Source of the DNA: a virus
Lineage: Duplodnaviria; Caudoviricetes
IMG/VR virus record: IMGVR_UViG_3300011335_000652
Location: 1 to 61,791 of that record
DNA length: 61,791 bases
Reading direction: 5' to 3' (one strand)
Numbering within the stretch: the stretch's first letter is position 1; every line of letters begins with the position of its first letter. Below, one piece after another: positions 8,990 to 17,748 of the stretch. The position numbers and the translations under genes are program-made. The notes beneath the pieces were generated by a model that worked only from the letters and a program-made list of their open reading frames with translations, searched no databases and was not told the origin of the DNA.

Positions 8990-9367
8990 AACATTTTTTT
9001 CTCCCTGTCAACCCCCCTTGTAATGTTCCTAATGGAACATTTTTTATTTTGAGGAGGAACAATATAACCCCATGAAATCATTGGATAAAACGGGTAATGT
9101 TCTTTTGTTCCTAATGTTCCTGATCGGACGCACCTGTCCAGAAATTTCCTCCCGCTCGTCCGACCGCAAGCGCGTCGCTGCACCCCAAAAGCAAAACCCG
9201 ATAAAGGTAAAAACAAGGAACATTAGGAACAAAAGGAACATTATATAAAGAGTATAAAAAACCTTTATATATATCAACTACTTACTGCCTTTTTCCCTGC
9301 CTTGTAATGGAACATTTTTGGTTTTAAAAATGTTCCATTTGGAACATTACATGATATCAAGGACTTA
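8990..9367. promoter_or_regulatory. Candidate replication origin: AT-rich, GGAACATT/AATGTTCC iterons, IHF-consensus sites
   Basis: About 10 or more GGAACA(TT)-type copies in both orientations; inverted repeat 9096-9121/9216-9242; WATCAANNNNTTR matches at 9272 and 9355. Confidence 0.55.
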
Positions 9368-9420
9368 GCTGCCGACGCCCACCGCGCCTCTACAAGTGCC
9401 TTAGTAAATGCTCCGTTTCC

Positions 9421-9450
9421 TTGACATAGGGTATCAAACCATGCTATAGT
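9421..9450 (+). promoter_or_regulatory. Sigma70-type early promoter
   Basis: TTGACA-18 nt-TATAGT with extended -10 TG. Confidence 0.75.
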
Positions 9451-9510
9451 ATACTTGTAGGTAGGAAAAAGTTACATCCGCTTACACGGCCCGCGCCCCA
9501 GCGCTGACCC

Positions 9511-9522
9511 TGCTCTTTATCA
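9511..9522 (+). promoter_or_regulatory. boxA-like antitermination site
   Basis: TGCTCTTTATCA, one mismatch to rrn boxA TGCTCTTTAACA, ~60 nt downstream of the promoter. Confidence 0.45.
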
Positions 9523-9940
9523 TCGTGATTGGCGCCCGCTCGACGTGGCGCCACGGCCCAGCTAGGGATGCACAGTTAGACGACATCTAACTCTCCCGAT
9601 AATGCTAGAACTACATGGCCCTTACTTGGACGCGCAGTTTACGCTGCCGCGTGGATCAGGCATACGCCTGCGCAGAAATCAAGAACCGCCAAGGGAGCGT
9701 ATTCCCATCCAGTGATCGCGATGCGACACGACAAAACTCGAAGCCCCACGCAGCCATCCAAGTGACGCAAAGAACGCGAGTTAGACATCGTCTAACTTGT
9801 GGAGTGACAATCTTTGCCAGCCCGCGCCTTGCCTAGACAGCAGTAGAACGCGACGCTTATGTAGTTCGACAAAAGTGAGCCAAGCAAACCCAAGGGATTT
9901 TACACTAAATCAACCCCGCAAGCGGGGAACAAACACAAAA

Positions 9941-10006
9941 CCGAAACAGGCGACATACTAGCCGCCTGTCCACGTGCCTAGCAACCACGTGCTGATGAGG
10001 AAGCTA
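9941..10006 (+). ncRNA. Type II hammerhead ribozyme
   Basis: CC-GAAA-CAGGCG/CGCCTG-TC-CACGTG/CACGTG-CTGATGA-GG; GUC cleavage triplet ending at 9970; loop I TAGC can pair with 3' GCTA. Confidence 0.85.
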
Positions 10007-10025
10007 ACCTATAAAGGAACACACA

Positions 10026-10433
10026 ATGACCGACCTTAACTTCACCGACAAGACACCCGTGCTCGCTGGCAGCGACATGAGGAACGAAACGTTTCGTCGC
10101 GCCTTCGACGCTATTGCTCGCGCAGTAGTGCCGTTCTTTGACATTCCCCACGCATACTATGGGGACTTGTTGTGGGACTCGTTCACGGCAGTCGGCCTAG
10201 CCGAAGGCGACACCGTATTTCTTATGGCACGTAGCATGGGGACGTCGATCTTGTTCCCACGCAATCAGTCCTATGACAGCATCGCCACCTGCTATGCAGA
10301 GGCGCGGAAACTTGCAGATGGTTCCGCGTTGAAGAACTTCCCCACCGCTGTCTTTTCGATCAAGCGCGAGGGGGCGCAGCGTTTCATCGTGACCCACTTG
10401 GTTACACGTCAGTGGGAGGCGGACACACTATGA
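10026..10433 (+). CDS. Hypothetical early protein
   Basis: 135 aa; SD AAGGA. Confidence 0.7.
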   Translation: MTDLNFTDKTPVLAGSDMRNETFRRAFDAIARAVVPFFDIPHAYYGDLLWDSFTAVGLAEGDTVFLMARSMGTSILFPRNQSYDSIATCYAEARKLADGSALKNFPTAVFSIKREGAQRFIVTHLVTRQWEADTL

Positions 10434-10609
10434 ACGGAGAGATTGCTACATTCCGTGAGTTGCCTGTCGGCGCTCACTTCACCTGCAACGGCAGTCGCTG
10501 CATAAAAGAGTCGTCGCGCACAGCGCGACTGATCGACTATGGACGGGTGTTTTACTTCCGCGCCATTGACCGCATCACCATCGGATATGCGGGACTCGAG
10601 GTGGCCTAG
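10430..10609 (+). CDS. Hypothetical protein
   Basis: ATGA overlap with the upstream gene; MNGEIATFRELPVG. Confidence 0.6.
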   Translation: MNGEIATFRELPVGAHFTCNGSRCIKESSRTARLIDYGRVFYFRAIDRITIGYAGLEVA

Positions 10610-10664
10610 TGCCACCTCACCAAAAACGAAACCACGCACCATATAACCCAAGAAAGGTTACACC

Positions 10665-11576
10665 ATGAACAACACACACTTCACGCTGCCCGAGGCAGCT
10701 TCGGTCCCGACACTCTCTTCGTCGGCAATGCTAGTTCACCTCAGCATCGGGGTCTGGACGGCCTCGAAGAAAGACAAAGCCGCAAGTGCCGAGGTAGCGG
10801 ACAGCCACGGCGCCAACAGAAATCTTACGCGAACCTATAAGACGATCATTGACAGCCCCAAGCTGGACGCGATCAAGGCCCTAGCGTCTACCATCCACGG
10901 CACGAACCGTGCAGCCACGCTAGATTGGGCAGGGGATATGCGGTTGCTCACCACGGCTAACTACTTCAAGCACCACGCAGCCCTGACCGCATACGAGACC
11001 GAGTTCTGGCGCTTGGTGGATGATATGCTCACCACAGACTACACGTGGGGTATAACTCAGATGCAGCTTAAGCTAGGCACAATGTTCAACGCAGCGGATT
11101 ACCCATCGGTGTCCGAGTTACGGCGCAAGTTTTCGTTCCGTATCTCCTACCTACCCGTGCCAGACGTAGGTGACTTCCGCGTGGACATTGCCAACGACGC
11201 GCAGCAGCAACTACGCGACCACTACGAGCGGGTCTACACCGAGGCAATCACCAACGCCATGACGGGACTATGGACCCGCCTCTACGACATCATGAAAGTG
11301 GTGTCGCGGCAACTGGCCGTCGAGCGCGATGCCGAAGGCAAGGAAATCAAAGGTCGTATCTTTGACGGGTCTATTGACACCCTACGTGAACTGATCGGGC
11401 TGCTCGAGACTTGCAACCTGACCAACGACCCTGCCATGCAGCGGATGCAGCGGACCCTGTCCAGCGCCTTCGAGGGGATTTCTTCGAAAGAAGATCTCAA
11501 ATCTGCACTTGTTCGTGAGGAAACCAAGCGGGCGGTAGACAAAGCCATCGCGGCCCTGCCTTCGCTGGATTGGTAA
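10665..11576 (+). CDS. DUF3150-like protein
   Basis: 303 aa; MLVHLSIGVW and DYPSVSELRRKFSF motifs resemble the family found beside phage AAA/VWA pairs. Confidence 0.6.
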   Translation: MNNTHFTLPEAASVPTLSSSAMLVHLSIGVWTASKKDKAASAEVADSHGANRNLTRTYKTIIDSPKLDAIKALASTIHGTNRAATLDWAGDMRLLTTANYFKHHAALTAYETEFWRLVDDMLTTDYTWGITQMQLKLGTMFNAADYPSVSELRRKFSFRISYLPVPDVGDFRVDIANDAQQQLRDHYERVYTEAITNAMTGLWTRLYDIMKVVSRQLAVERDAEGKEIKGRIFDGSIDTLRELIGLLETCNLTNDPAMQRMQRTLSSAFEGISSKEDLKSALVREETKRAVDKAIAALPSLDW

Positions 11577-11582
11577 CTAGCG

Positions 11583-11903
11583 ATGGAACCTAGATGGCGC
11601 GTCTTGTATGCCGACCGCTTCCCATACATCGGTGGCACAGCCAAGTTTGATATTTGGTATGCGCCAATTACCAACCCTCACGGCATCGAAAGTATACGGG
11701 TCGTATGGGACCACAGAACGTGGGACGCGTATTATATCTGTTCGGATCGCCAACTTGGCGAGGCAGAATGGAACGAACCAGACGGCCCGACCGAAGCCGA
11801 CATGGTAGAGATAGAGCGATACATACTTTTGTTCGCTCCATATGTTAACCTCGCGCCCCGTTATACGGGGCGCATAACCGAAGAAGGGAACGACGATGGC
11901 TAA
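11583..11903 (+). CDS. Paralog family member 1 (MEPRW...YIGG..KFDI)
   Basis: Shares its N-terminal motif with the genes at 13279-16005. Confidence 0.7.
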   Translation: MEPRWRVLYADRFPYIGGTAKFDIWYAPITNPHGIESIRVVWDHRTWDAYYICSDRQLGEAEWNEPDGPTEADMVEIERYILLFAPYVNLAPRYTGRITEEGNDDG

Positions 11904-12159
11904 GAAACCGAAGAAGACCGCGACGACAGGTGAGGAGTTCTTTAACCTCCTCGAGGCAGCAGCGCCCGATAAGATGCAGGGCATCGACGTGATCAAGGTG
12001 ATCACAAGTGTCGTGCTGGCCTACGCAGACGACGAGCGCGAAGCGGGGGCGTGGATCATGTCTATGGCCCGCATCGTCAAAGATTACTACATTATGGAGA
12101 ACGACGGCGAATGCACCTGCACCAAGTGCACCGCCGAGCGTAAAGCAACCGCACACTAA
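11896..12159 (+). CDS. Hypothetical protein with C-terminal CxCxxC
   Basis: 87 aa ORF coupled to its neighbours. Confidence 0.65.
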   Translation: MAKKPKKTATTGEEFFNLLEAAAPDKMQGIDVIKVITSVVLAYADDEREAGAWIMSMARIVKDYYIMENDGECTCTKCTAERKATAH

Positions 12160-12181
12160 CAACACACACAGGAGAACTACC

Positions 12182-13279
12182 ATGTCTAACGCACAACGCC
12201 TATACGAACTCGACCTCGACCAGATCACTGGCCTTATCAAGGCCACGGGCCACAAGCGCACGATCTTCGTGCAGGGCCACATGGGCACAGGCAAATCGTC
12301 CTTGCTCAAGATGCTGGCAACGGCACTGCCCACGCACAAGCCAGTCTACTTCGACTGCACCACCAAAGACTTGGGCGACATCACCTTGCCACGCATCGCC
12401 GAGGTCAACGCCGATACACACTACGTATCGTATGCACCCAATGAGGAGTTGGGTCTGCACCACAAGCAGCCAGTGATCGTCATGCTCGACGAGTATGGCA
12501 AGGCTAACCCCGCCGTGAAGCAGGGTCTCACAGCGTTCATGCTCGAGCGCAAACTTGGCAGCTACAAGCTACATCCTGACAGCATCGTGTTCTGCACCAC
12601 CAACCTTGGTGTCGAGGGCGTGGGCGATTTGCTTGTGGCGCACCAGCGCAACCGCGTCAGTGTAGTGACGGCCAAGAAGCCAAGCAACACGTCGTGGATC
12701 GAGTGGGGCATCGAGAACGGCATCGACCACAGTCTCTTGGGCTGGGTCAAGGACAATCCCCAACTGTTCGCAGACTTCCGCGACATGAAGGACGCCGACG
12801 AGAATCCCTACGTGTTCCATCCCAAAGCACTGGGGCGGGCGGCGTTCGTCACGCCTCGCTCGCTAGAGGCAGCATCGGACATCCTCAAGGAACGTCACTT
12901 CATGGACGACCAGACAGTGACCGCTGCACTGATGGGCACAATCGGGGATCGGGGGGCTATGGATATGATGGCCTTCGTCAAGCTGGCAGATCAACTGCCC
13001 TCGCTGGACTCGATCAAGAAAGACCCGATGAATGCCAAGGTTCCGACCAGCGCGGCTGCTGTGTGCATGGTAGTTTACCGCACGATGGCATCGCTCGAGG
13101 CTTCATGGATCGACGCATGGATGGACTACATGAGCCGCTTGGACAAGGAAGCACAGGGTATGTTCGCCAATGGTGTTCGCTCGCCCAAGTATTCCAAGCA
13201 AGCCTTGGTGTTCACCAATGCCAAGTTTACGAAATGGGCTCAAATGAACGGGTATTTGTTTGCAGCCGATCGCAAGTAA
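12182..13279 (+). CDS. MoxR-like AAA+ ATPase
   Basis: GHMGTGKS Walker A, VMLDE Walker B, RNR arginine finger, TPRS sensor II; SD AGGAG before ATG 12182. Confidence 0.85.
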   Translation: MSNAQRLYELDLDQITGLIKATGHKRTIFVQGHMGTGKSSLLKMLATALPTHKPVYFDCTTKDLGDITLPRIAEVNADTHYVSYAPNEELGLHHKQPVIVMLDEYGKANPAVKQGLTAFMLERKLGSYKLHPDSIVFCTTNLGVEGVGDLLVAHQRNRVSVVTAKKPSNTSWIEWGIENGIDHSLLGWVKDNPQLFADFRDMKDADENPYVFHPKALGRAAFVTPRSLEAASDILKERHFMDDQTVTAALMGTIGDRGAMDMMAFVKLADQLPSLDSIKKDPMNAKVPTSAAAVCMVVYRTMASLEASWIDAWMDYMSRLDKEAQGMFANGVRSPKYSKQALVFTNAKFTKWAQMNGYLFAADRK

Positions 13280-13533
13280 TGAGCCGCTACATCGTCTCAA
13301 ACCTCTTGCACTACATCGGGGGCGTCGATCAGTTCGACGTCCTCTTTTCTACCTATGCGGAGTTCTACGCAATAAAGTGGGCCGTCAGCTACGGGAGCAA
13401 AGTGGTTACCAAACACACAATGCAGCAGCCGCAGCGCCTACAATCCGAATGCCAAGGCATCGGCATGACAGCGGAGCAAGCAGAGCGCATCTGCTTGCTC
13501 GTCAAACTATTCGGACCACAGGAAACAGCGTAA
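13279..13533 (+). CDS. Paralog family member 2 (HYIGGVDQFDV)
   Basis: TAATG overlap with the AAA gene; weak motif match to the family. Confidence 0.55.
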   Translation: MSRYIVSNLLHYIGGVDQFDVLFSTYAEFYAIKWAVSYGSKVVTKHTMQQPQRLQSECQGIGMTAEQAERICLLVKLFGPQETA

Positions 13534-13570
13534 GTTATACGCCCCGTATAACCCAAGAAAGGAATACACT

Positions 13571-14785
13571 ATGTTTATGATGAACCAACTCACCCCTGCA
13601 CAGCGTGTGCAGAAGGCAACAATCGACGTCATGGCCAAGGATCGCTACGCTGCACTCGCTGGCATCCTGATGATCGGTCGCAAGACTGTCGAGACCGACG
13701 CAACCAAATGCCCTACGGCATACACCAACGGCAAGGATATCATCTTCGGCGCCAATTTCATTGAGGGCCTAAACGACGCAGAACTGCGCTTCCTCTTGCT
13801 GCACGAGGAATACCACAAACTCTACCGCCACCTTACGACATGGAAGTGGATGTGGGACGAGAACCCACAGCTTGCCAACATGGCCTGTGACTACGTCATC
13901 AACTGCAAGATCGTCGATGACAACAAGGACGGCTTCGCCACCATGACGGGCAAACTCACGATGGGTTGCTTCGACGAACAGTATCGCGGATGGGACGCAG
14001 CACAGGTGTTCAATCACCTCAAGAAGAACCCGCCGCCCCAAGGCGGGGGCAAGGGCGGGAAAGGGCAGGGCGGCGAAGGCTTCGACGATCACGGCTGGGA
14101 AGAAGCCGAGGAGATGACCGCCGATGACAAGAACACCCTTGCACGTGAGATTGACGAGGCGATCCGTCAGGGCGCGCTGATGGCGGGTAAGACAGGCACG
14201 GGCGGCGACCGTGCCTTCGACGATCTACTCCAACCCCAAGTGGACTGGCGCGAGGTGCTACGTGAGTTTGTGCAGACTACGTGCACAGGCAGCGACTACT
14301 CGACATGGAAGAAGCCCAACCGCCGCTACATCGGGGCTAACATCTACATGCCAAGCGGCATCACCGAAAGTGTCGGGGAGATGGCTATCCTGATCGACAC
14401 GTCAGGGTCTACCTTTGCACCGGGCGTGTTACCCGCCTTCATGTCCGAGGCCAAGGCGATCTGCGATCTGGTCAAGCCGTCGCGTGTCCACATCATCTAC
14501 TGGGACACCAGCGTATGCCAAGCCGAGGTATACGAGCGGGACGAACTCGAGGGTATGATCTCCTCGACGCAGCCCAAGGGTGGTGGCGGCACACAAGTCC
14601 AGTGCGCCATTGACTATATGCGCGACAACAACATTGCGCCGCAAGCGTCTATCGTGCTGACGGATGGTTACTTGGGCGGCGCGTGGGGTAACTGGTCATG
14701 TCCTGTCCTGTGGTGCGTGATCGACAACAAGAACGCATCGCCTAACTGCGGCACGACAGTCCACATCAACACGCAGGATATGTGA
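13571..14785 (+). CDS. DUF2201-type metallopeptidase + VWA domain protein
   Basis: HEEYH zincin motif; DTSGS MIDAS, GGGGT and LTDGY VWA motifs. Confidence 0.85.
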   Translation: MFMMNQLTPAQRVQKATIDVMAKDRYAALAGILMIGRKTVETDATKCPTAYTNGKDIIFGANFIEGLNDAELRFLLLHEEYHKLYRHLTTWKWMWDENPQLANMACDYVINCKIVDDNKDGFATMTGKLTMGCFDEQYRGWDAAQVFNHLKKNPPPQGGGKGGKGQGGEGFDDHGWEEAEEMTADDKNTLAREIDEAIRQGALMAGKTGTGGDRAFDDLLQPQVDWREVLREFVQTTCTGSDYSTWKKPNRRYIGANIYMPSGITESVGEMAILIDTSGSTFAPGVLPAFMSEAKAICDLVKPSRVHIIYWDTSVCQAEVYERDELEGMISSTQPKGGGGTQVQCAIDYMRDNNIAPQASIVLTDGYLGGAWGNWSCPVLWCVIDNKNASPNCGTTVHINTQDM

Positions 14786-15099
14786 TGGAACCGCAATGGG
14801 ATAACAACACGGTCGACGCACGGCCCGCTAAATTCGTCGGGTCCGTCGAGCGGTTCGATATATACTTGGTGCAGTTTGCGAGTGGACGGTGTTGGGTCAG
14901 GGTGGCGTGGGAGCGCGGAGCAGACGACTACGAAAGCTACGCAATCGAGGGGCGCCGCCTACTGACTGAACCCGTGTGGGACGTAAAGAACGCCCCCACG
15001 CAGAAAGACCTCATCCTCATCGAACACTACCTGTCCCTGTTCGTGCCTGAACTGGGCATCAAGTCACGTTATATGGAGCGTATAACCGATGGAACCTAG
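14782..15099 (+). CDS. Paralog family member 3
   Basis: MEPQW...KFVGSVERFDIY. Confidence 0.7.
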   Translation: MMEPQWDNNTVDARPAKFVGSVERFDIYLVQFASGRCWVRVAWERGADDYESYAIEGRRLLTEPVWDVKNAPTQKDLILIEHYLSLFVPELGIKSRYMERITDGT

Positions 15100-15394
15100 A
15101 TGGACGCCACTATACCAACAAGCAAATTTTACCCAAGAGGTGTTCGTCGGATACATAGAGGAGTTCGATATGTATATCGACTGGGATACGGAAGCTACCA
15201 GCGTCGTCACGCTTGTGAGTGAGCACAGCGGCGCTCTTGGGTATAACTTCGAGTCGTTTCGAAAACGGGATGAGCAGCTCGTCCTTGCAGACGAGTTTGC
15301 GCAAGATCTACACATCACCCCCTATCATATGTGCCTACTCTACGCCCTGTGCATAGAGCACGGGATAATCAAAGGAGAACCAGATGAAGCCTAG
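15089..15394 (+). CDS. Paralog family member 4
   Basis: MEPRW...FVGYIEEFDMYI...ITPYHMCLLYA..IEHG. Confidence 0.8.
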   Translation: MEPRWTPLYQQANFTQEVFVGYIEEFDMYIDWDTEATSVVTLVSEHSGALGYNFESFRKRDEQLVLADEFAQDLHITPYHMCLLYALCIEHGIIKGEPDEA

Positions 15395-15680
15395 ACACGA
15401 ACCCACTTACGACCAGAGCGACTACCCAAACGAAAAGTTCGTCGGATACATCGAGGAGTTTGATATGTATATCGACATAGCCCACGGAGATGAGTTGATT
15501 ACTATTGTCGGCCCCCGTTCCGAGGATCACATGAATAACTTCGACACGTTTAGGCTGAACGGAAACGAACTCGAACAGATTCCGCATCCAGACCTACGCA
15601 TAACCCCCTACCATATGTGCCTGATCTACGCGAAAGCTATCGAGCACGGAGTAATCAAGGAGCAGAACGATGAAGCCTAG
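15384..15680 (+). CDS. Paralog family member 5
   Basis: MKPRH...FVGYIEEFDMYI...ITPYHMCLIYA..IEHG. Confidence 0.8.
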   Translation: MKPRHEPTYDQSDYPNEKFVGYIEEFDMYIDIAHGDELITIVGPRSEDHMNNFDTFRLNGNELEQIPHPDLRITPYHMCLIYAKAIEHGVIKEQNDEA

Positions 15681-16005
15681 ATACAAACCCCAATACGACG
15701 CTACGCAATACCCAAACGACAAGTTCGTCGGCTACATAGAGGAGTTCGACCTCTACATCACCCCGCACGATGACGACGATCCCTCCGAACCAGCGCGGTT
15801 CCCGCTTACTCTCGTCGGTAAAGAGAGAGGCCCCGTCGATGACCGCGAGTATAACTTTGACACGTATACGATTGAGAAGGGCATCATCGCGCCCCACGTC
15901 AATATGACCACCACCCTAAACGTAACCCCCTACCATATGTGCCTACTCTACGCAGCGGCGATAGAGCACGGGCTAATCAAGGAGCAAGAAGATGGGCTAC
16001 TATAG
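15670..16005 (+). CDS. Paralog family member 6
   Basis: MKPRY...FVGYIEEFDLYI...VTPYHMCLLYA..IEHG. Confidence 0.8.
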   Translation: MKPRYKPQYDATQYPNDKFVGYIEEFDLYITPHDDDDPSEPARFPLTLVGKERGPVDDREYNFDTYTIEKGIIAPHVNMTTTLNVTPYHMCLLYAAAIEHGLIKEQEDGLL

Positions 16006-16390
16006 CGACGTGCTACTGGCTGTAGCATTTGAGACTAAGGAGCAACTCGAAGAAGTCTGGGCGGTCTACTGCCTGAACCCCACAGTGCAGGAGCACGACC
16101 TTGCCAAGCATTGGGAGAAGAAACTTGACGGCGACTATCCAGTGCTTTGGTATTACGCCAATGGCGTCAAGTGGTATGACAGCTACGAGGACGTGATGGC
16201 TTTTGAGGAGCTGTTCACCCTTGCCGAGACCTTCGGAGAGGAGCGTGAGTTTGGTTACGCGTGGGTGAAGCTACGCATCGGCGAAGAGGATGACGACACT
16301 GAGCGCCGCAGTAACCAGAGCAAAGACGAACTCATCAGCTACCTCTACGACTGCGCGAACATCAGCCGCGCTATCGAACATTCATTCTAA
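15992..16390 (+). CDS. Conserved acidic phage protein (MGYYSDV...VKWY...RIGEEDDD)
   Basis: 132 aa ORF in the operon. Confidence 0.7.
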   Translation: MGYYSDVLLAVAFETKEQLEEVWAVYCLNPTVQEHDLAKHWEKKLDGDYPVLWYYANGVKWYDSYEDVMAFEELFTLAETFGEEREFGYAWVKLRIGEEDDDTERRSNQSKDELISYLYDCANISRAIEHSF

Positions 16391-16415
16391 GTTATACGCA
16401 TCAGGAGAAACACAA

Positions 16416-17465
16416 ATGTCACTTATCTATCTCACCAACCTCACCACCTTTGCGATGATCGAAGACCACTACAACAAGATCAAACCCCTGCGGGGCAAGA
16501 AGCACGGGGGCCAAGACGTGCGCCCTATCGGGGACCGCAAGCGTCCTTACGAGCGCATCGTAAAAATTAGCGATGACTGCTACGCCATCAGTGATGGCTG
16601 GAACTTTGGCGACCCCATCTTTGGTCGTATGTGGAACCTCGAGGGTAAACCACGTGGCGACGCTCTAGAGTTTTTTGCACCAATCGTTTGGCGTCGAGAC
16701 GCGGACGGGACCGAGACTATCAAGATCCGCAACGGCGACGGGACAGGTTCTCACCAAGGGCGCTACGCATTTATCAACCGCTGCCTACCACGCGGTCTGG
16801 CATTTAGCTTAGGTCAGCATGGCCGGCAGTATATCTTCTCCAACGGCTACAGCGCAAAGCACTTCCTCGATAAGGGGACCACTGTGCCGAAAGCAGTGTT
16901 TGCAGAGACGCTAAAGCGGAAGCGGGAGTGGGAGGCTAAACACGTCGGGCAGACGTATAAAAGCTACATGGAATGGGCGACGGACGTCCCTGACGAGGCA
17001 TCTCTTACCTTCAAGCGCGGGACGGGGGGCTGGGTGCTGGTCAGCCACGGCGGCAACAAGGAAGAACCGCCAAAGCCACGTGTCGTCGTCGACCACGACG
17101 CCAAGGGCGCACTCAAGGACCAGATCGAAGCCTTCCGAACGTGGGTTCACATCATCGCGCCGATGATAGAGCCGCACAGGCTGCACAACACATCTGACTA
17201 CGGCGACACTATATACGAGTGGCAGAAAGCAAACGGTGAGCAGTATCCCCGCCAGTGGGGAGAGTTCAGTCGGCGTGTAACGCCCGACCTCGCACGGGCT
17301 ATCGTTGCTGATCCAGAGCACCCACTACGCGTGGTAATGGCGGCGTTTGCGATTAGCGAGGCGGACCTCAAGAAACCCTGCGAAGACGTCGAAGAAGTAA
17401 CGGCGCTCAAGGGGCGGTTCAATCGGTGGATCAACCGCGTTCTCGCCTTCAACAAGAAAGTATAA
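16416..17465 (+). CDS. Hypothetical protein
   Basis: SD AGGAG before ATG 16416; 349 aa. Confidence 0.75.
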   Translation: MSLIYLTNLTTFAMIEDHYNKIKPLRGKKHGGQDVRPIGDRKRPYERIVKISDDCYAISDGWNFGDPIFGRMWNLEGKPRGDALEFFAPIVWRRDADGTETIKIRNGDGTGSHQGRYAFINRCLPRGLAFSLGQHGRQYIFSNGYSAKHFLDKGTTVPKAVFAETLKRKREWEAKHVGQTYKSYMEWATDVPDEASLTFKRGTGGWVLVSHGGNKEEPPKPRVVVDHDAKGALKDQIEAFRTWVHIIAPMIEPHRLHNTSDYGDTIYEWQKANGEQYPRQWGEFSRRVTPDLARAIVADPEHPLRVVMAAFAISEADLKKPCEDVEEVTALKGRFNRWINRVLAFNKKV

Positions 17466-17472
17466 GGAGCAC

Positions 17473-17736
17473 ATGGACCCTAGTTATCAAACGCTTGACA
17501 ATAAGCTGGTGTATAGGGTGTGTATACAGCGTGATACTAATTCCGTTGTTATAACACCCCTTGGTATGGAGTGCCTTGAATTTGATTTAGAGGGTGAGTA
17601 TAGTTGGGGTCAGCTTCCGCAATGGATGACTGACAAACTCGCTGTATTAAACACCCTCTATGTTCCACCACCACCAAATGAAGTAAAGGGCGTAGGCCAG
17701 CGCATCAGCCCAAACGTCTTTTGGGTCTACAAATAA
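17473..17736 (+). CDS. Hypothetical protein
   Basis: SD AAGGAG; 87 aa. Confidence 0.65.
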   Translation: MDPSYQTLDNKLVYRVCIQRDTNSVVITPLGMECLEFDLEGEYSWGQLPQWMTDKLAVLNTLYVPPPPNEVKGVGQRISPNVFWVYK

Positions 17737-17748
17737 GAAAGAGCACTC

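Noticed and set aside
12008-12181. Upstream extensions of the AAA, 16290, 22819, 25971 and 55878-56459 ORFs
   Set aside because: Each has a better SD-led downstream ATG, and the extensions overlap other genes or regulatory sequence.
15089-16005. Diversity-generating retroelement template/variable repeats
   Set aside because: No reverse transcriptase in the genome, and the repeats are the conserved parts of coding paralogs rather than an adenine-mutated TR/VR pair.
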